Source of the DNA: Trichoplax sp. H2
Taxonomy: Eukaryota
Assembly: GCA_003344405.1 (NCBI GenBank)
Contig: NOWV01000011.1
Location: forward strand, 806,001 to 870,000
Direction: 5' to 3'
Length of the DNA: 64,000 bases
Shown here: positions 26,935-41,237 of the stretch, one piece after another
Position numbering within the stretch: the first letter of the stretch is position 1
How the letters are laid out: each line of letters begins with the position of its first letter
Program-made: the position numbers and the translations under genes
Notes under the pieces: generated by a model
Databases searched by the model: none
Told to the model about the DNA's origin: nothing
What the model saw: the letters and a program-made list of their open reading frames with translations, nothing else

Positions 26935-29900
26935 ATGACATCGCTTATCCTTTTGGGGATATTAACACATCTAATTTACATCATTGCTGTATTTGAAAGT
27001 TATATCCAATCGCCACTGGTCCATGGCATGCAAGGACATTCAGTTCGTCAACGACCTCCTGCTAAACGTCTTGTCCTCTTTGTAGGAGATGGTCTACGAG
27101 CTGATAAGCTATTTCATATCCAAGATAATATTGCAAGAGCTCCATTTTTGAGGTAATTTATTCATTCACATCATCCAGACATGATGGCATCATGTGTATG
27201 TTGGTGTTATAATACCAGAATATCTTATTTCTATTTCCTTATGGATATATTGACCTTGACGTCGCATATCAACAAGCTACATCGATGCATACTGTAGGAT
27301 AGATTATAGACTGGAATAAGTGGCAACACTACAACACAGTTTAAATTTTGACTACTATTGAAATTTCAAGCTTGCTAGCTAAAATTGAACTATCGTTTAA
27401 TTAATGACAAAATCTGAGCATGATACATGGTGTCTATAGCAATTGCTAATTTGGATTGAGTTGACATTTCAAAAATCAGATTCTTAGCACCATCCAATCA
27501 ATTTACCCGCTAATAAATCGCATAATCGAATACCAGTCCTAAGCGGATAAGCAGTTGCAGTTGATGAAGCAGCAAATCATATGATTAAAATTTAAAAAAT
27601 TTCTCCCAGTTTATCATGATGTTAACCATCCCACTGATACACCTCAAGTGACAATTATGTATGCATTAAAGGCTACCTATATAATTACTTGCTAGCTTGC
27701 TAACAGACCAGTAATATGATCAGAATATTAAATTACGAGGAAGTTCTGGACGAGATGCGTAGTGCTCAATTCGAACTTTATCAACACTAATCGCACGTTA
27801 GATTTAGTTGACTAGGTTGCAATGTATCAGCATTCTGACATTTAAAACATTTACATTATTATGCAAACCTTCGCACTTTCTGACCTGAAATCGTAAAATA
27901 CTATCATTGATCGATATTGCAGTTTATGAACTGACGTCAGATCAACAGTCAATCAGTAAATATAGTTGAAATATGTATAATTTAGCTTGAAATAAATATA
28001 CAAACAGGGAAATTTATTTTACTGTGCTTGATGTTACCAGGGAAAAAGTTTTAAAATATGGTAGTTGGGGCGTATCTCATACCAGAGCACCAACAGAAAC
28101 TAGGCCAGCTCATATTGCATTAATCGCTGGCTTTTTTGAGGATATTACTGCCATCAAGAAAGGTAAGGCAATTGAATTATTGTAATGTACTGCATGTGAA
28201 AATGTCTTCAATTGTTACATAGAAACAATAAACGAATACATCGAACTGTGCGTAATGTGTTAATGATTTTTATGAATATTTACAAATATAAAACCGTACT
28301 ATCAATCAGATCAAAGATACCCTATTCTTTGTATCGTTACAGGTTGGAAAGAAAATCCAGTCAAATTCGATTCAGTCTTTAATCGAAGTACTCATACATG
28401 GTCATGGGGCAGTCCAGATGTTCTACCTATTTTTAATAAAGGTTATTAATTTATTATAAACAGAAAGAACTAATGTAATATTTGATTTGAAACTGCTGGC
28501 ATAAAAATGTTATCATATATCCGTCCTGAATGTACTCCCCAGCCGTCCTATTGTAACAGTGAAAACTTAGCACTAACAAACTTACGAATAATTTACTTAT
28601 AAATATAAACTAGCATTAACCTTCATTCTTTAATTTAAACAATGCATATATAACTGAACCCAGCCTACCTTGACTACGTTGAATAACAAGGGCTTTCTAC
28701 TTCATTGAATTTGATCTATGATGATGACTAAAAAGTTTTTACATTTTCTGACTCTCTCTTTATATAAAGGAGCTGCGAAACGAAAGATGACAACGTTTAT
28801 GTACTCACTACCATTCCAAAATTCTGTTTACTATAATGGTATTGTATTGGACAAGTGGGTGATTGAAAACTTCAGAAAGTTTTTTACCCAGGCAAAGTCT
28901 AACCAGGCTCTCAAACGAGCATTGAATCAAGAAGGAATTATGCTATTTTGTCATTTACTTGGAATTGATACTAATGGCCATTACTATAAGCCGTACTCCC
29001 AGTATGAACATAAGTTGATATTTTAATAATTTTTGGCTTTAGTATTTAATTGTAATTTTCTGCTGTTTCAAGTTTTAACGTTATAATTGGTCCCTAACCT
29101 AGGCAATACATAGAAAATATTCGTTATGTTGATGCTGCAGTCAGGAAGATGGTTAACATTATTGAAGATTTTTTCGGCCATGATGGAAAAACGGCTTTTA
29201 TTTTTACTTCAGATCATGGGATGATGGATTCAGGTGAACTAATGCAGTAACGAGAGTGCTAGTTACTATTATAAAATATATGTATTAAAATTCATCTAAA
29301 TTTAACTTCTTCAACGCTGTAGGGTCGCATGGTTCTGGTAGAATACAAGAAACGTATTCTCCATTTATAGCGTGGGGAGCCGGAATTGCATGGCCGGTAC
29401 ATCCGAATCCAATTGATGACTACAATGATCGTTTAGCGAGTGGTATGTTATGAATAAATTGATCGTGCATAAAAGTTTTCATGTTCTACACAGCATATAT
29501 TGCTCATGTTAAAGACAACAATAACTTTTTGCTTTTCGTTTGCACAATCTAGAATGGAAGCTACTGGGTTATAGGAGATTAGACATCAAGCAGGTATATA
29601 AATGCAAGTTTATATTTTATAATTAGTTTTACACATCTTTCAGTAACTGGAAAAATGAAAATGTTCACGCGTTGTTAGTAATTGCTTAGATAATTATTAT
29701 TGTAGATTGATATACCGCCTTTAATGTCGAGCTTGCTTGGAATAGCTATACCGATTAATTCAATGGTAGGTGCACAAACAAACAAATTGGAATACGCAAA
29801 CAAGAGCTACTTTGTAGACATCTCTTATTTGTTATTTGTAGGGAATTTTACCCATTTCGTATCTAAATGCAAGTAAGTCTTATATTGCCGAAAGTACGAT

Positions 29901-32900
29901 TGTTAATGCAAAACAGCTCGTCGCTCAGTTCGAGGTATAGAAAGAGATAAATATCTTGAGTATAACAAAAAATTTATAATAAGAGAATAGTAACTTTAAG
30001 ATCCGATCTAACAATTATTAATAATAAACACGATTATCGTGGCTATCGTGGCACCAGATGCAAAGAAAAAATAAAAGTGCTGGCACTATATTTCACTTTT
30101 TAAGGCATTACAGGTACAGTATTGCAAGTTATTGTTATTTCATATTTTGTTGAAATACTTATAACATTTGCATATTTTTGCAAAATTTAGGCCTTTACAA
30201 GGTGATACTACGGTGAGTACTGTAATTTGCTTTGTAATCGCTACATCTAGGTGACAGAAAAAAATTTTGATTTAACATGTAGTTGCGCAGTATTGACCAC
30301 CGTCATGCAGCTGTGTGTACAGTTGATGAACTAGTAAACTAAATTTTAGTTTTCGAGTTATTGATGTATTATGATTGATTATTCATGCAGAGTAAATGGG
30401 TTAGTAAGCTTGAAAATTTACATAAGCATGGTGATTTCGAAGAAGTAGTAAGTAAACTAATATATGTTGGTTGCCATTGATACATGTAAAAGCTAATCAC
30501 TGACGCTAGAAATATTTTGCTATTAATCACCTTTACGTATTCTTACAGATAAGATCAAGTAAGACTCTTGCCCGCTTGGCTCTGGAAGGGATAAATTATT
30601 ACCATACATATAATCGAGCAGTAATAAGGTTCAGAAATTAATCGCTTTGATATCGTAAATTGGTATAATCTTTTTGATTACTAGTATCGTAACGACTGTA
30701 AAATTATCCTATTTTTGTTTATATCTTATTATTATAAATAGTGCATCAGTTATGGCTGGCCTAACTGGCTGGATCATTTATGTCCTACTGTTTATTGTAA
30801 AGACATATACAAGCCTAGAATCTAGTAGATTAAAGGTAATAACATTGATTCATTATTTTGTGTAGTCCGAAATATTTGAAAGTAATTAATTTATGTGTTC
30901 AAACAACTAATATTTGTAATTACAGTTAGCTACTGTTAATAAATCTCAAAGTAAGAGGATCAACTTGGTATTTACACTATTTTATGTAGGTGTATTTACA
31001 ATTTTAATAGGTAAGTTAGGTAGTTAATACGGATTCAAGTTTAACTGGTGCATACTAACAATTGATGAATTCAATTTTTTAGTTGAAAAATCCTCTCCTA
31101 CATATTTTGCTTACTTCGGTATCCTTTTATTTCTCTGGAATCGGGTCATTAATCAGTTAGTTAATATCTGATAGCAGTCATTGCTATAGCTAATATCCTA
31201 TATATTCTATTAATTATTACATTCTGTTTACTGCTTAGACATGAAAACATATATAATTTGGCAAAATATTTGCTTACAAGTTCTTTGTGCTCCAAGGCTA
31301 TATTTTCCGCCCTAATTGCTATTTTATCTTCCGAATTACTGGTATCTTTAGTACACAGTATTAGATTCTATATTATTAAGCCGAGCACGCCATGTTACTT
31401 TGCTTCTTGTTATAAATTAGGCTATCAGCTTTAACAATCGCCGGACTCTAACACTTGCTTTCATTTGTCTGGGTACAACATATAAGGCTAACAAAATAAT
31501 CCAATAACAATAATGCAGTACAGTATAATAACATCATTTGCATTAATAACTGTAATTATTAAGCTAGCAACATTGATGATGTTTTATTATTAATAAATAT
31601 CAGCCATAAAATACTTAATGGCAAATTACATCAAAAAATTAATTTGATTGATGTAATCGTATTCATTGAAGGTTTTTGGCCTTTAACTACGTCATTAATA
31701 AGGAAAGACAAGGTTAGAAAATGTACCATATAATGATAAATAATGAATTACTCATAAATAACTCTGAAGACCCTAATTTCGATAAAGGATTACAGTGCTT
31801 ACATCTAATAATACGGTTAACAGTTTCTTGTGGGCTACTGGCTGTTATCGTGCATTTCAATTGGGATCTTTCCTTCCCTTCCTCCTATAGAAGGAATAGC
31901 TAAATATGGTTATGTGTAAGTTACTAAAGCTCGTATTACCCGTATAGCATAAGCACTGTATCTTAACGAAAGTATCTATTTAGATTTATGACTGGTGCTG
32001 TGACTGGCGTTATAGGAATTTATCTTTATATTAGGTAATATCGCACAATTAACTTATTAGAATATAATTATACATGCTTGTGAAAGTATGGTAACTCAAA
32101 TAAATAAAACTTTCGTTAGGCACAATCGTGTTAAAAGTTCAATCATCGGTTTTCAGGTATTTACTCAAATGCATAAAATATCATTAGGCTGATTTTTATC
32201 CTATAGTATCTATGTTTATTATGCCATTAACCAGATGACAAGTAACGATTTGACAATGTAATAGAAATGTACAGTTTTAAAGTCAAAAATTATACTTACA
32301 ATTGATATATTAATTTTTCTAACTAGATTTTATTAGCTGTTATTGCTATTTATGTAGTCAATAGCACAGCTAAGGCCAAAGAAGATTACTTCACGATACC
32401 AGTATTGAATCTGTACCTTAGTTGGTTTATTTTGGGTAAATTCGTTCAATTCTGGTTACAAATTGCACGTAACTGTTGTAAATTACTACATATTAATACT
32501 GTCGCCCAACTTAAACGTGTAATCCTCAGGAACAAGTTGTATTATACCGCTATTGAGCCCTCCAATTCTTCTAGAACGTATTTGGAGCATATTTTTGTCA
32601 TTAATGACAACGTATATCTTACTTAGTATATCGTATCCATGATCACACAACATTACAGTTTTACTGACTGACTGAGAATAATGTTACATTTATGTTGGTT
32701 ATTTCCTTGACTCACTGCAAGATATGATAGTTTATTTTGCCTTGCGTTATGCAACCTAATGGTTACTTGGGTCAGAATAGAGCAACGATTGTCAAAGTAT
32801 ACGCCTCGATTGGTCAGTAATATCTTCGATTCGTTGATTATTCTGATTAAATTGGTAATATTCCAACCTATATTTTGTAGTTAACGTCTATCTTTTTCGA

Positions 32901-34277
32901 AAATGGCACACCTAAGACTATGAAAAAATTACTTGATCATGGTAAATATACGCGACAATAATCTGGTTAACAACTGACATATCATTATTGATACCGTAAT
33001 ACTCTACTTTTAGACGTCGAAAACTTTAAAAAACTGCAAATGTCACATCTAAGAATTGCGATACTTTTTGTAAGTAAAACATGGTTGTATAGACCACTTT
33101 GAAAGTCAATTGTGATTGTATTTAATTTCAACGTTCTAATTAATATGTATTATCCGTAAAAACATTAGCTCTTATTTACTACTACGGCCTTTTTTGGCAT
33201 AACAAACATTGGCAGTTTAAATAGGTAAAGGCTTTGCATGTATGCATCTTCGCAGTGTGTTTGTTAACATCCGTAAATTTGAACTCAAGTTCAATTTATA
33301 AACTTTATGGATATCAATTTTTATTTTGCGATTGTTTTCTACAGTACAAAGAAATGTAATCGGTTTTATGGGATACTTTTATTGTTATTTTTGATGAATT
33401 TAGCCTCGATCCTGCACCCACATATTGCTTTCTTGTCGTATATACTCCTTTAGCAAAGGTCATATTGTATATTTGCAAGGTAAATAATATGATTTCAAAT
33501 TATCAAAAATGGCATATTTGCCTATCTTTATATTTAATCAAGTTTCTCAACTTGTAACTAATAACGTTTATGTGATTATGATAATAGATATCGATTCCAT
33601 TTGTATTGATAATCGCCGCTGTACGTAGCTTACAACTGTCTCTTCAATTCAGCTTAAAATGGTGATTATAGATCTTGACTGTACATTGCAGATATCTCGA
33701 ATTTGGCGTTATAATGTGATCCAGTTATGCTAATTTTAAAGTATTTACAGCTTAAATCTTTAAACATTAATCTGATTGAAATTTATTTCTTATTTACAGC
33801 ATATTTCTAATAATGGTCTGTTTAACTGACATAATATCAATGGTGAGTACGATAATATTAATCCAATATGTAGTGGTTACCATAATTGCTTGCATTAAAT
33901 TACTATTTGCTCCAGCAATAAGGTCGAATAGAATCAATGAGACACTTCTTAATAACATCATATGCTTTATTAACATTAGCATCAGTTTTTACATGTATCG
34001 GATCAAGGAAGCTGGGTCGAAATTGGAACTAGGTACAATTTTTTATTTATTTAAACACCTCCCACATCATATATAGGACAAAATAACAGCCTTTCCAGAA
34101 TTATCACGGGTTGCCTTTATAAGATAAGACTTATATTTACTTTCTTATTTCAGCATTGCTCATTACCTTATAGCAATGGTCGTGATGGCAGCTTTGATCT
34201 TGTTGTCTGGTTTAACAAATATTCTACTTTCTTACTCTCCGTACTATCGAAAATTTCGTATTGATAATCTATTGTAA
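26935..34277 (+). CDS. PIGN: GPI ethanolamine phosphate transferase 1 (PIG-N/Mcd4), about 33 short exons
   Basis: Exon 1 (26935-27152) has [17 protein letters not shown]. Later exons give [26 protein letters not shown] (28041-28162), [52 protein letters not shown] and WGAGI, followed by many TM exons ending [15 protein letters not shown]. Stop at 34275-34277 is followed by AATAAA. Confidence 0.94.
32633..32721 (+). other. Putative U12-type (minor spliceosome) GT-AG intron in PIGN
   Basis: The 5' end reads GTATCCAT (consensus RTATCCTT). Branch sequence TTTCCTTGAC lies at 32702-32711, 10 nt before the end of the intron, with no polypyrimidine tract. Splicing restores LLSIS-YDSLF. Confidence 0.75.
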
Positions 34278-36256
34278 AATAAAGCGAAATATATACTAAA
34301 TGCAGTGACTGAAAGAATAATAGTGGGCGGAACATAATAAAAGCCTGAAGACCATATTTTTTATGGAGGCCTTGATTTTGCTAATCCAATGATACATACA
34401 AGGTCAAATCTATGTTGCAATTTTAGAAAATGATCGCGTTCGAAAAACTTACTTTATAACTAACCAACATAAATGATAATTTTAATTTTAATAATGTGTG
34501 CCAGGTCATGGACCACTAGAGGAAAACCTGGATCGATGCATATGTATATATTTACACACACTGTACAATCTCTTATTATGCTGCAAGTATGACAAATTTG
34601 CTTGTTACCATGATCTAGGATTACGCTTATTACATAAGTAAAATTAAGCGATTGTTAAAGTAAAGTCGTAAATATACAGTAAACAACAATTACCTTACTA
34701 ATATGTCGATCAGCTGTTTACGAAAACATCCAAGAATCTTGTAATAAAGACTACAATTAGCATAACTAATTAAATTTTATGCACTATGTAATAACTACCG
34801 TTTTGGAATGAAATTCCACAGATTTATTTATCTCACATCTGAGGTAACTTTCCGTATGGCATCTATTTGTTAGATGTGACGTGTACTAATACATCTGCTC
34901 TATACTTTTTTATACTAGTATCACCGTAGAATTTAGACGTTATCCAGTCTGTTGGTACGTAAATATTGACTAAAGACGCGAAAATATTTCGTAGTAAATA
35001 CATAAAAGATTGTGAGTCAATTTAAGATCATTTTGACCGTCCCGTTTACTAGTTATTAATATACAACAGGGAGTAATTAATTACCCGTATTAAAACTTTT
35101 GATTCTGTGATAAGATAAGTAATAGCGTATTGCTGATAGTCGCTTTATAACACTCGAAGTAGTGAAATTACTAGTTATATAAATTGAAGATTGATAAATC
35201 TAGATTTACGTAAAAATTTGAAAGATTGTATGCATATTACCGTTAAATACACCTAAATGTAGAATACCAATACGTGATTAATTTTAATTTATCATATCCA
35301 CAATCTATATGTTGCAGCTATAGCTTGTTATGGCTGGCCAATTTCATACGAATTCCTATAAATAAGTACTTTCATAAAATGTTTGTAATTATACGATTGT
35401 GAAAGGCTAATGTACGTGTATCTATACTCGTATATTTGAGACTATATCTAATATGGATTTACGTGTGTACAAGCTATTAAATCGTAACCAAACAGTAGTT
35501 TGTAGTCTGTACCTCTTTCAGGATTGGTCAATAACTGTACTTTATTAACTTAAGTACGTTATCGACGACGACCTTGGTGTGTGAACTTACAACGTCACAA
35601 ATACGGTACGTATGCATGAGATAGAATCAAATATGCAAAATATGCACAACTGTGGGCTATAAATTATCAAATCTAAATTGACGCACAGTGTAAGTATGAA
35701 TATATGGCCCATCCCGCCATAGAATACTGGGTTATATTCAAAGCATAACAATGGAATTATCATAATGAAACTGTTTAATGTGCAGTAGTTGAAAATACAA
35801 ATATATACGCTGACAATTCAGTTCAATTTATAATTATAATCATTGTTATACGTAATTTCTACGAGTATGGTTGCGCATATGAGTTATGTATACATCATAC
35901 GTAAAGAAATTTTACAGCTGCAGCATATAAATTACTGCAGATGGCATGCAAGTTAAATGTAGATTTACAATACCACTCATGTTATAAATCTTGATAGAGC
36001 CACGCTATGTTATGCAAAATGTTTGAGCAGAGAGCAATGTAACTACATCGCATTAGCGTATTTCATTTTATGCTATTAGAAAGGATAGAGTTATACATTA
36101 CATTTATCCTATTTATCTCAAATATTATCAAGTACGTATACTTCAGTACATAATAAAATACAATAAATGAGATCATTAATTAATACTGGAAACAAAACGC
36201 CACACTTATTTTGACGCATGACAGCAAAGTAGAGTACAATAGAATTATTGTGAAAG

Positions 36257-37956
<1,700 letters not shown>

Positions 37957-38334
37957 GGTAAAGAATATCGGTCTCAATCTAATGTTTACAACATGAGCTC
38001 GTTAGTCATCGTCGAGGCTACAATAACGTTATTGTATCTAATAACAATCAGTGGTAGGTACGCTAACTTTTAATGGTTACAACAGGAGTAATAAAGCGCT
38101 CAAGGATCATCATTATCTTAGGCAAAAGGATAGAATTTAAACTTTCATAAAGTAATGTTAAGCTTTGTAGATTGATACTGATACTGTCAAGTAGCTAAAA
38201 TAACGATTCAAATACACACTGGTGTACAGTACAACCGTAAAGATTAAAAATTCAAATCATAACTTCTAGTACTGTATTGCATTCTATAACGATCCGTGGT
38301 GGATATATTGACTTTACCATTGTTACAGTCGACG

Positions 38335-38895
38335 GAATAAAGCCATCGATGGCTACTACCTTGACTACCTTGGAAATAGGATAGAATTTCCACTTGCATA
38401 CAGTAACCAAGCAACCTTAAGCTTTCTCGATTGATACTGTACTACACAAGTGTAAACATTATCCATGCGATTTATGATTCAGATTTGAAATTCAATAACT
38501 TATTGCTTCGCTAAATCGAAATGGATGATTCGCGAATCCGATAATGGAACTTTCTTAGTGGTAATGTTAGCAAGTAGAAAGCCTTAAAAGGATGACTACG
38601 ACCTTGGTAGCAGGATAGTTGATACCGTACCTATACAAGTGTAAAGCATTATGTAGGCGATTGATGAAAAAGATTTAGAGTTGAAATACGCGTATTGTAA
38701 TTTATTGCTTGGCTAATGTCAATTGACGGACGATCCATGGACATTCTATTTTGAGTCTCTTTTTTAATGGTGAAAGTAGAAAGAATAAAAGCCTTCCCTG
38801 ACTACTACTACTACCTTGGTACCAGGGGATACGCTTTCAACTCGCATGGCAGTACAGTAAGGTTAAGCTTTCTACCGTAGCAATATTGATACCAA
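38335..38895. repeat. Old, degenerate ~2.5-copy tandem repeat (~225-240 bp) upstream of the CDK1 coding region
   Basis: Shared blocks aaagcc..., gactac(x)ccttgg..ggata, ttaagctttct, ttgatac.gtac..tacaagtgtaaa and ttattgctt.gctaa recur near 38335, 38575 and 38783. Confidence 0.7.
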
Positions 38896-39589
38896 TCCAG
38901 AATTAATTTGATGATAATCGTAAGTGGATCCAATGATAACGGGTCAATTCTACCAACGACCTAAGCTACCGTTGAATGCTGCATGTCATGGATGAAGGTA
39001 AGATTTAAAGTTATTCAATCCCTTACTTTGCCGTCCAAAGATTTCAATTTCTATCCAACCAATTTGAGCGAAACGAGTGGATATTCACTTTCTTGTATCA
39101 CAAGGAGACGTTGCCTAGAGATGGATAGAAAATGAGATCAAAGTTGGGGGTTCATCATTGGAAAGAAAGAGGAGGAGAAAATGCAAGTTGGAATAACCTT
39201 TTGCAAAGCCAAGAAGAATCGACGATCGAACTTGTACAATCAATCAGCCTACAGTAAATTGAGGATACTACACTAACCAATTTCTCTATCGCAGGCTAAC
39301 AGTACCAAAATGGATCACAAGAGAAATGATGGAAGAGACGACGATGATGGCGAAGAGAGATTTTCTGTTGGAATGATAGCGAACGTCCGCGACTTTCAAG
39401 TAACGTCAGGGGAATGCGCGAAGTGTTGTAGTGTCAGTTTTCAAAATGACGTTGGTAAAGCAGTGAACGGGTCGACTGGTTGTAGCTGGAAACGCTCCTG
39501 TCTACACCAGTATTTTGTATACAAGTCGACACAGTAGACAGGTTATGTATGCAATACTTGAATACAACCACTGACCTGAGAAGTACCTT

Positions 39590-39670
39590 AAATGCGGCCG
39601 CTCAGATTCAAATTTGACAGTGAGCCAATCAGATGCAAGACAGTTTGCCAAGTGATTGATGGACGTCTTG
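39590..39670 (-). promoter_or_regulatory. Candidate CDK1 cell-cycle promoter (CCAAT box + CHR)
   Basis: Read on the minus strand: an imperfect CCAAT-like TCAATCA, ATTGG (39625-39629), TTTGAA (39607-39612), GCGGCCGC, then AAG|GTAC as a possible donor. The ATG exon of CDK1 has an acceptor ~22 nt upstream of the ATG, which implies a non-coding first exon. Confidence 0.4.
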
Positions 39671-40548
39671 TACCGGTCCCAAAAGTGGTCTCGGAAATCT
39701 ATTGTTCAACAAGTTTCATACTGAATCATCTTGGGAAAAGAAAATTCGTCCTGTGCTGTACCGTACAGTACGCGGCCGTACTGACGGTACAGACAGACGG
39801 TCATGGACTGTACAGTATTCCCGTATGATCGTCCAGTGTACTGTACACTGTGTACTCTAGAATCTGGCTACAATGGCATCCCTTCCTTCAAAAATCAAAG
39901 TTGTATTCCGTTGAAATTCCTGTAGAATATTAATATTAATGTGTATATATCTTCTCGTAGAAGGATGTCTCCACAGATATGGGCCTGATTTAACTTACAC
40001 CACTGCATTTTCTTAGGGTGCCATCGAAATAAATCAGACTTGTACTTTTAGTAATACTGTAGTGTATAGCGCTTTAACTGCACTGCACACTATGTAGTGC
40101 ACAGTGTCATACCGTACAGTTCAGGATGACAGTGCACAACAAAATAGGTGCTTCGATTTTGTTGCAATTTGGACTTGTGAATCACGGCTGTAAACATGGC
40201 TGCAAACAACGATATTCTTTGTGCTCAAGTTGTCCAACCAATATTGAATAATATACAGTATAGGAAATGGATGGCTGTGATCGATAACATGAGTAGAAAC
40301 TACTGACTGTACAGTACAGCAGTGAGACTAGTGGAAGCGAGTTGCAGTACTGTAGACCTGTCCACAATCAAATTGTGAAATTGGTATTGGGAAAATACAG
40401 GAGTAATAGTAAGATTCAGCCATTAATCAATGCTGTTTTATTCGACCAAATACCAAATACTGTTATAACTTTATAAATAATTAACCAGTTGAACCCATAC
40501 TTTGCAGTAAAACATTTCAGTTTGCAGTACAGTAGTAGTACTGCAAAC

Positions 40549-41237
40549 TAGTATTCTGTAACCCCACTAGTAATGACCTTTATGAGCAAGTCGTTCATGT
40601 CAGTGTTAGTCTACAGTATACTTTATCTTTATTGTACCTTGACTACATTGAATTCATGGAATAAACTCCATGACAAATTCCCAAAATCTGATCATTCTAT
40701 AGAGGTAAGAATAATAGGAAAATATTTTTTTCCTCTACCTCTACGATCCTGCAGTACATCATAATCGTTGCACTGTCGTTAACTATTGAAACATCCCGAT
40801 TCAATCTTGACGTCATCTTAATCCAAATTGGAGTTGTGGCTTTTCGTACAAGATATAAATAAATAACAAAATTAGATAGAGTGGTACAGTAGAAAGTAGT
40901 ATTCTGTAACCCTACTAGTAATGAACTTTATGAGCAATTCGTTCATGTCAGTGTTAGTCTACAGTATACTTTACCTTATTGTACCTTGACTACATTGAAT
41001 TCATGGGGAATAAACTCGATGACAAATTCCCAAATCTGATCATTCCATAGAGGTAAGAATAATAGGAAAATATTTTTTCCTCTACCTCTACGATCCTGCA
41101 GTACATCACAATCGTTGCACTGTCGTTTACTATTGAAACATCCTGATTCAATCTTGACGTCATAATCTTAATCCAAATTGGAGTTGTGGCTTTTCGTACA
41201 AGATAAAAATAACAAAATTAGATAGAGTAGTATAGTA
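40549..41237. repeat. Tandem duplication, 2 x ~348 bp
   Basis: Copies start at 40549 and 40897 (tagtattctgtaaccc...aaaattagatagagt) and are highly similar. Confidence 0.95.

Noticed and set aside
31119-31128. Perfect U12 donor-like GTATCCTTTT in PIGN
   Set aside because: It lies inside a coding exon (YFGILLFLW) whose frame continues to a normal GT donor, and no U12 branch site follows.
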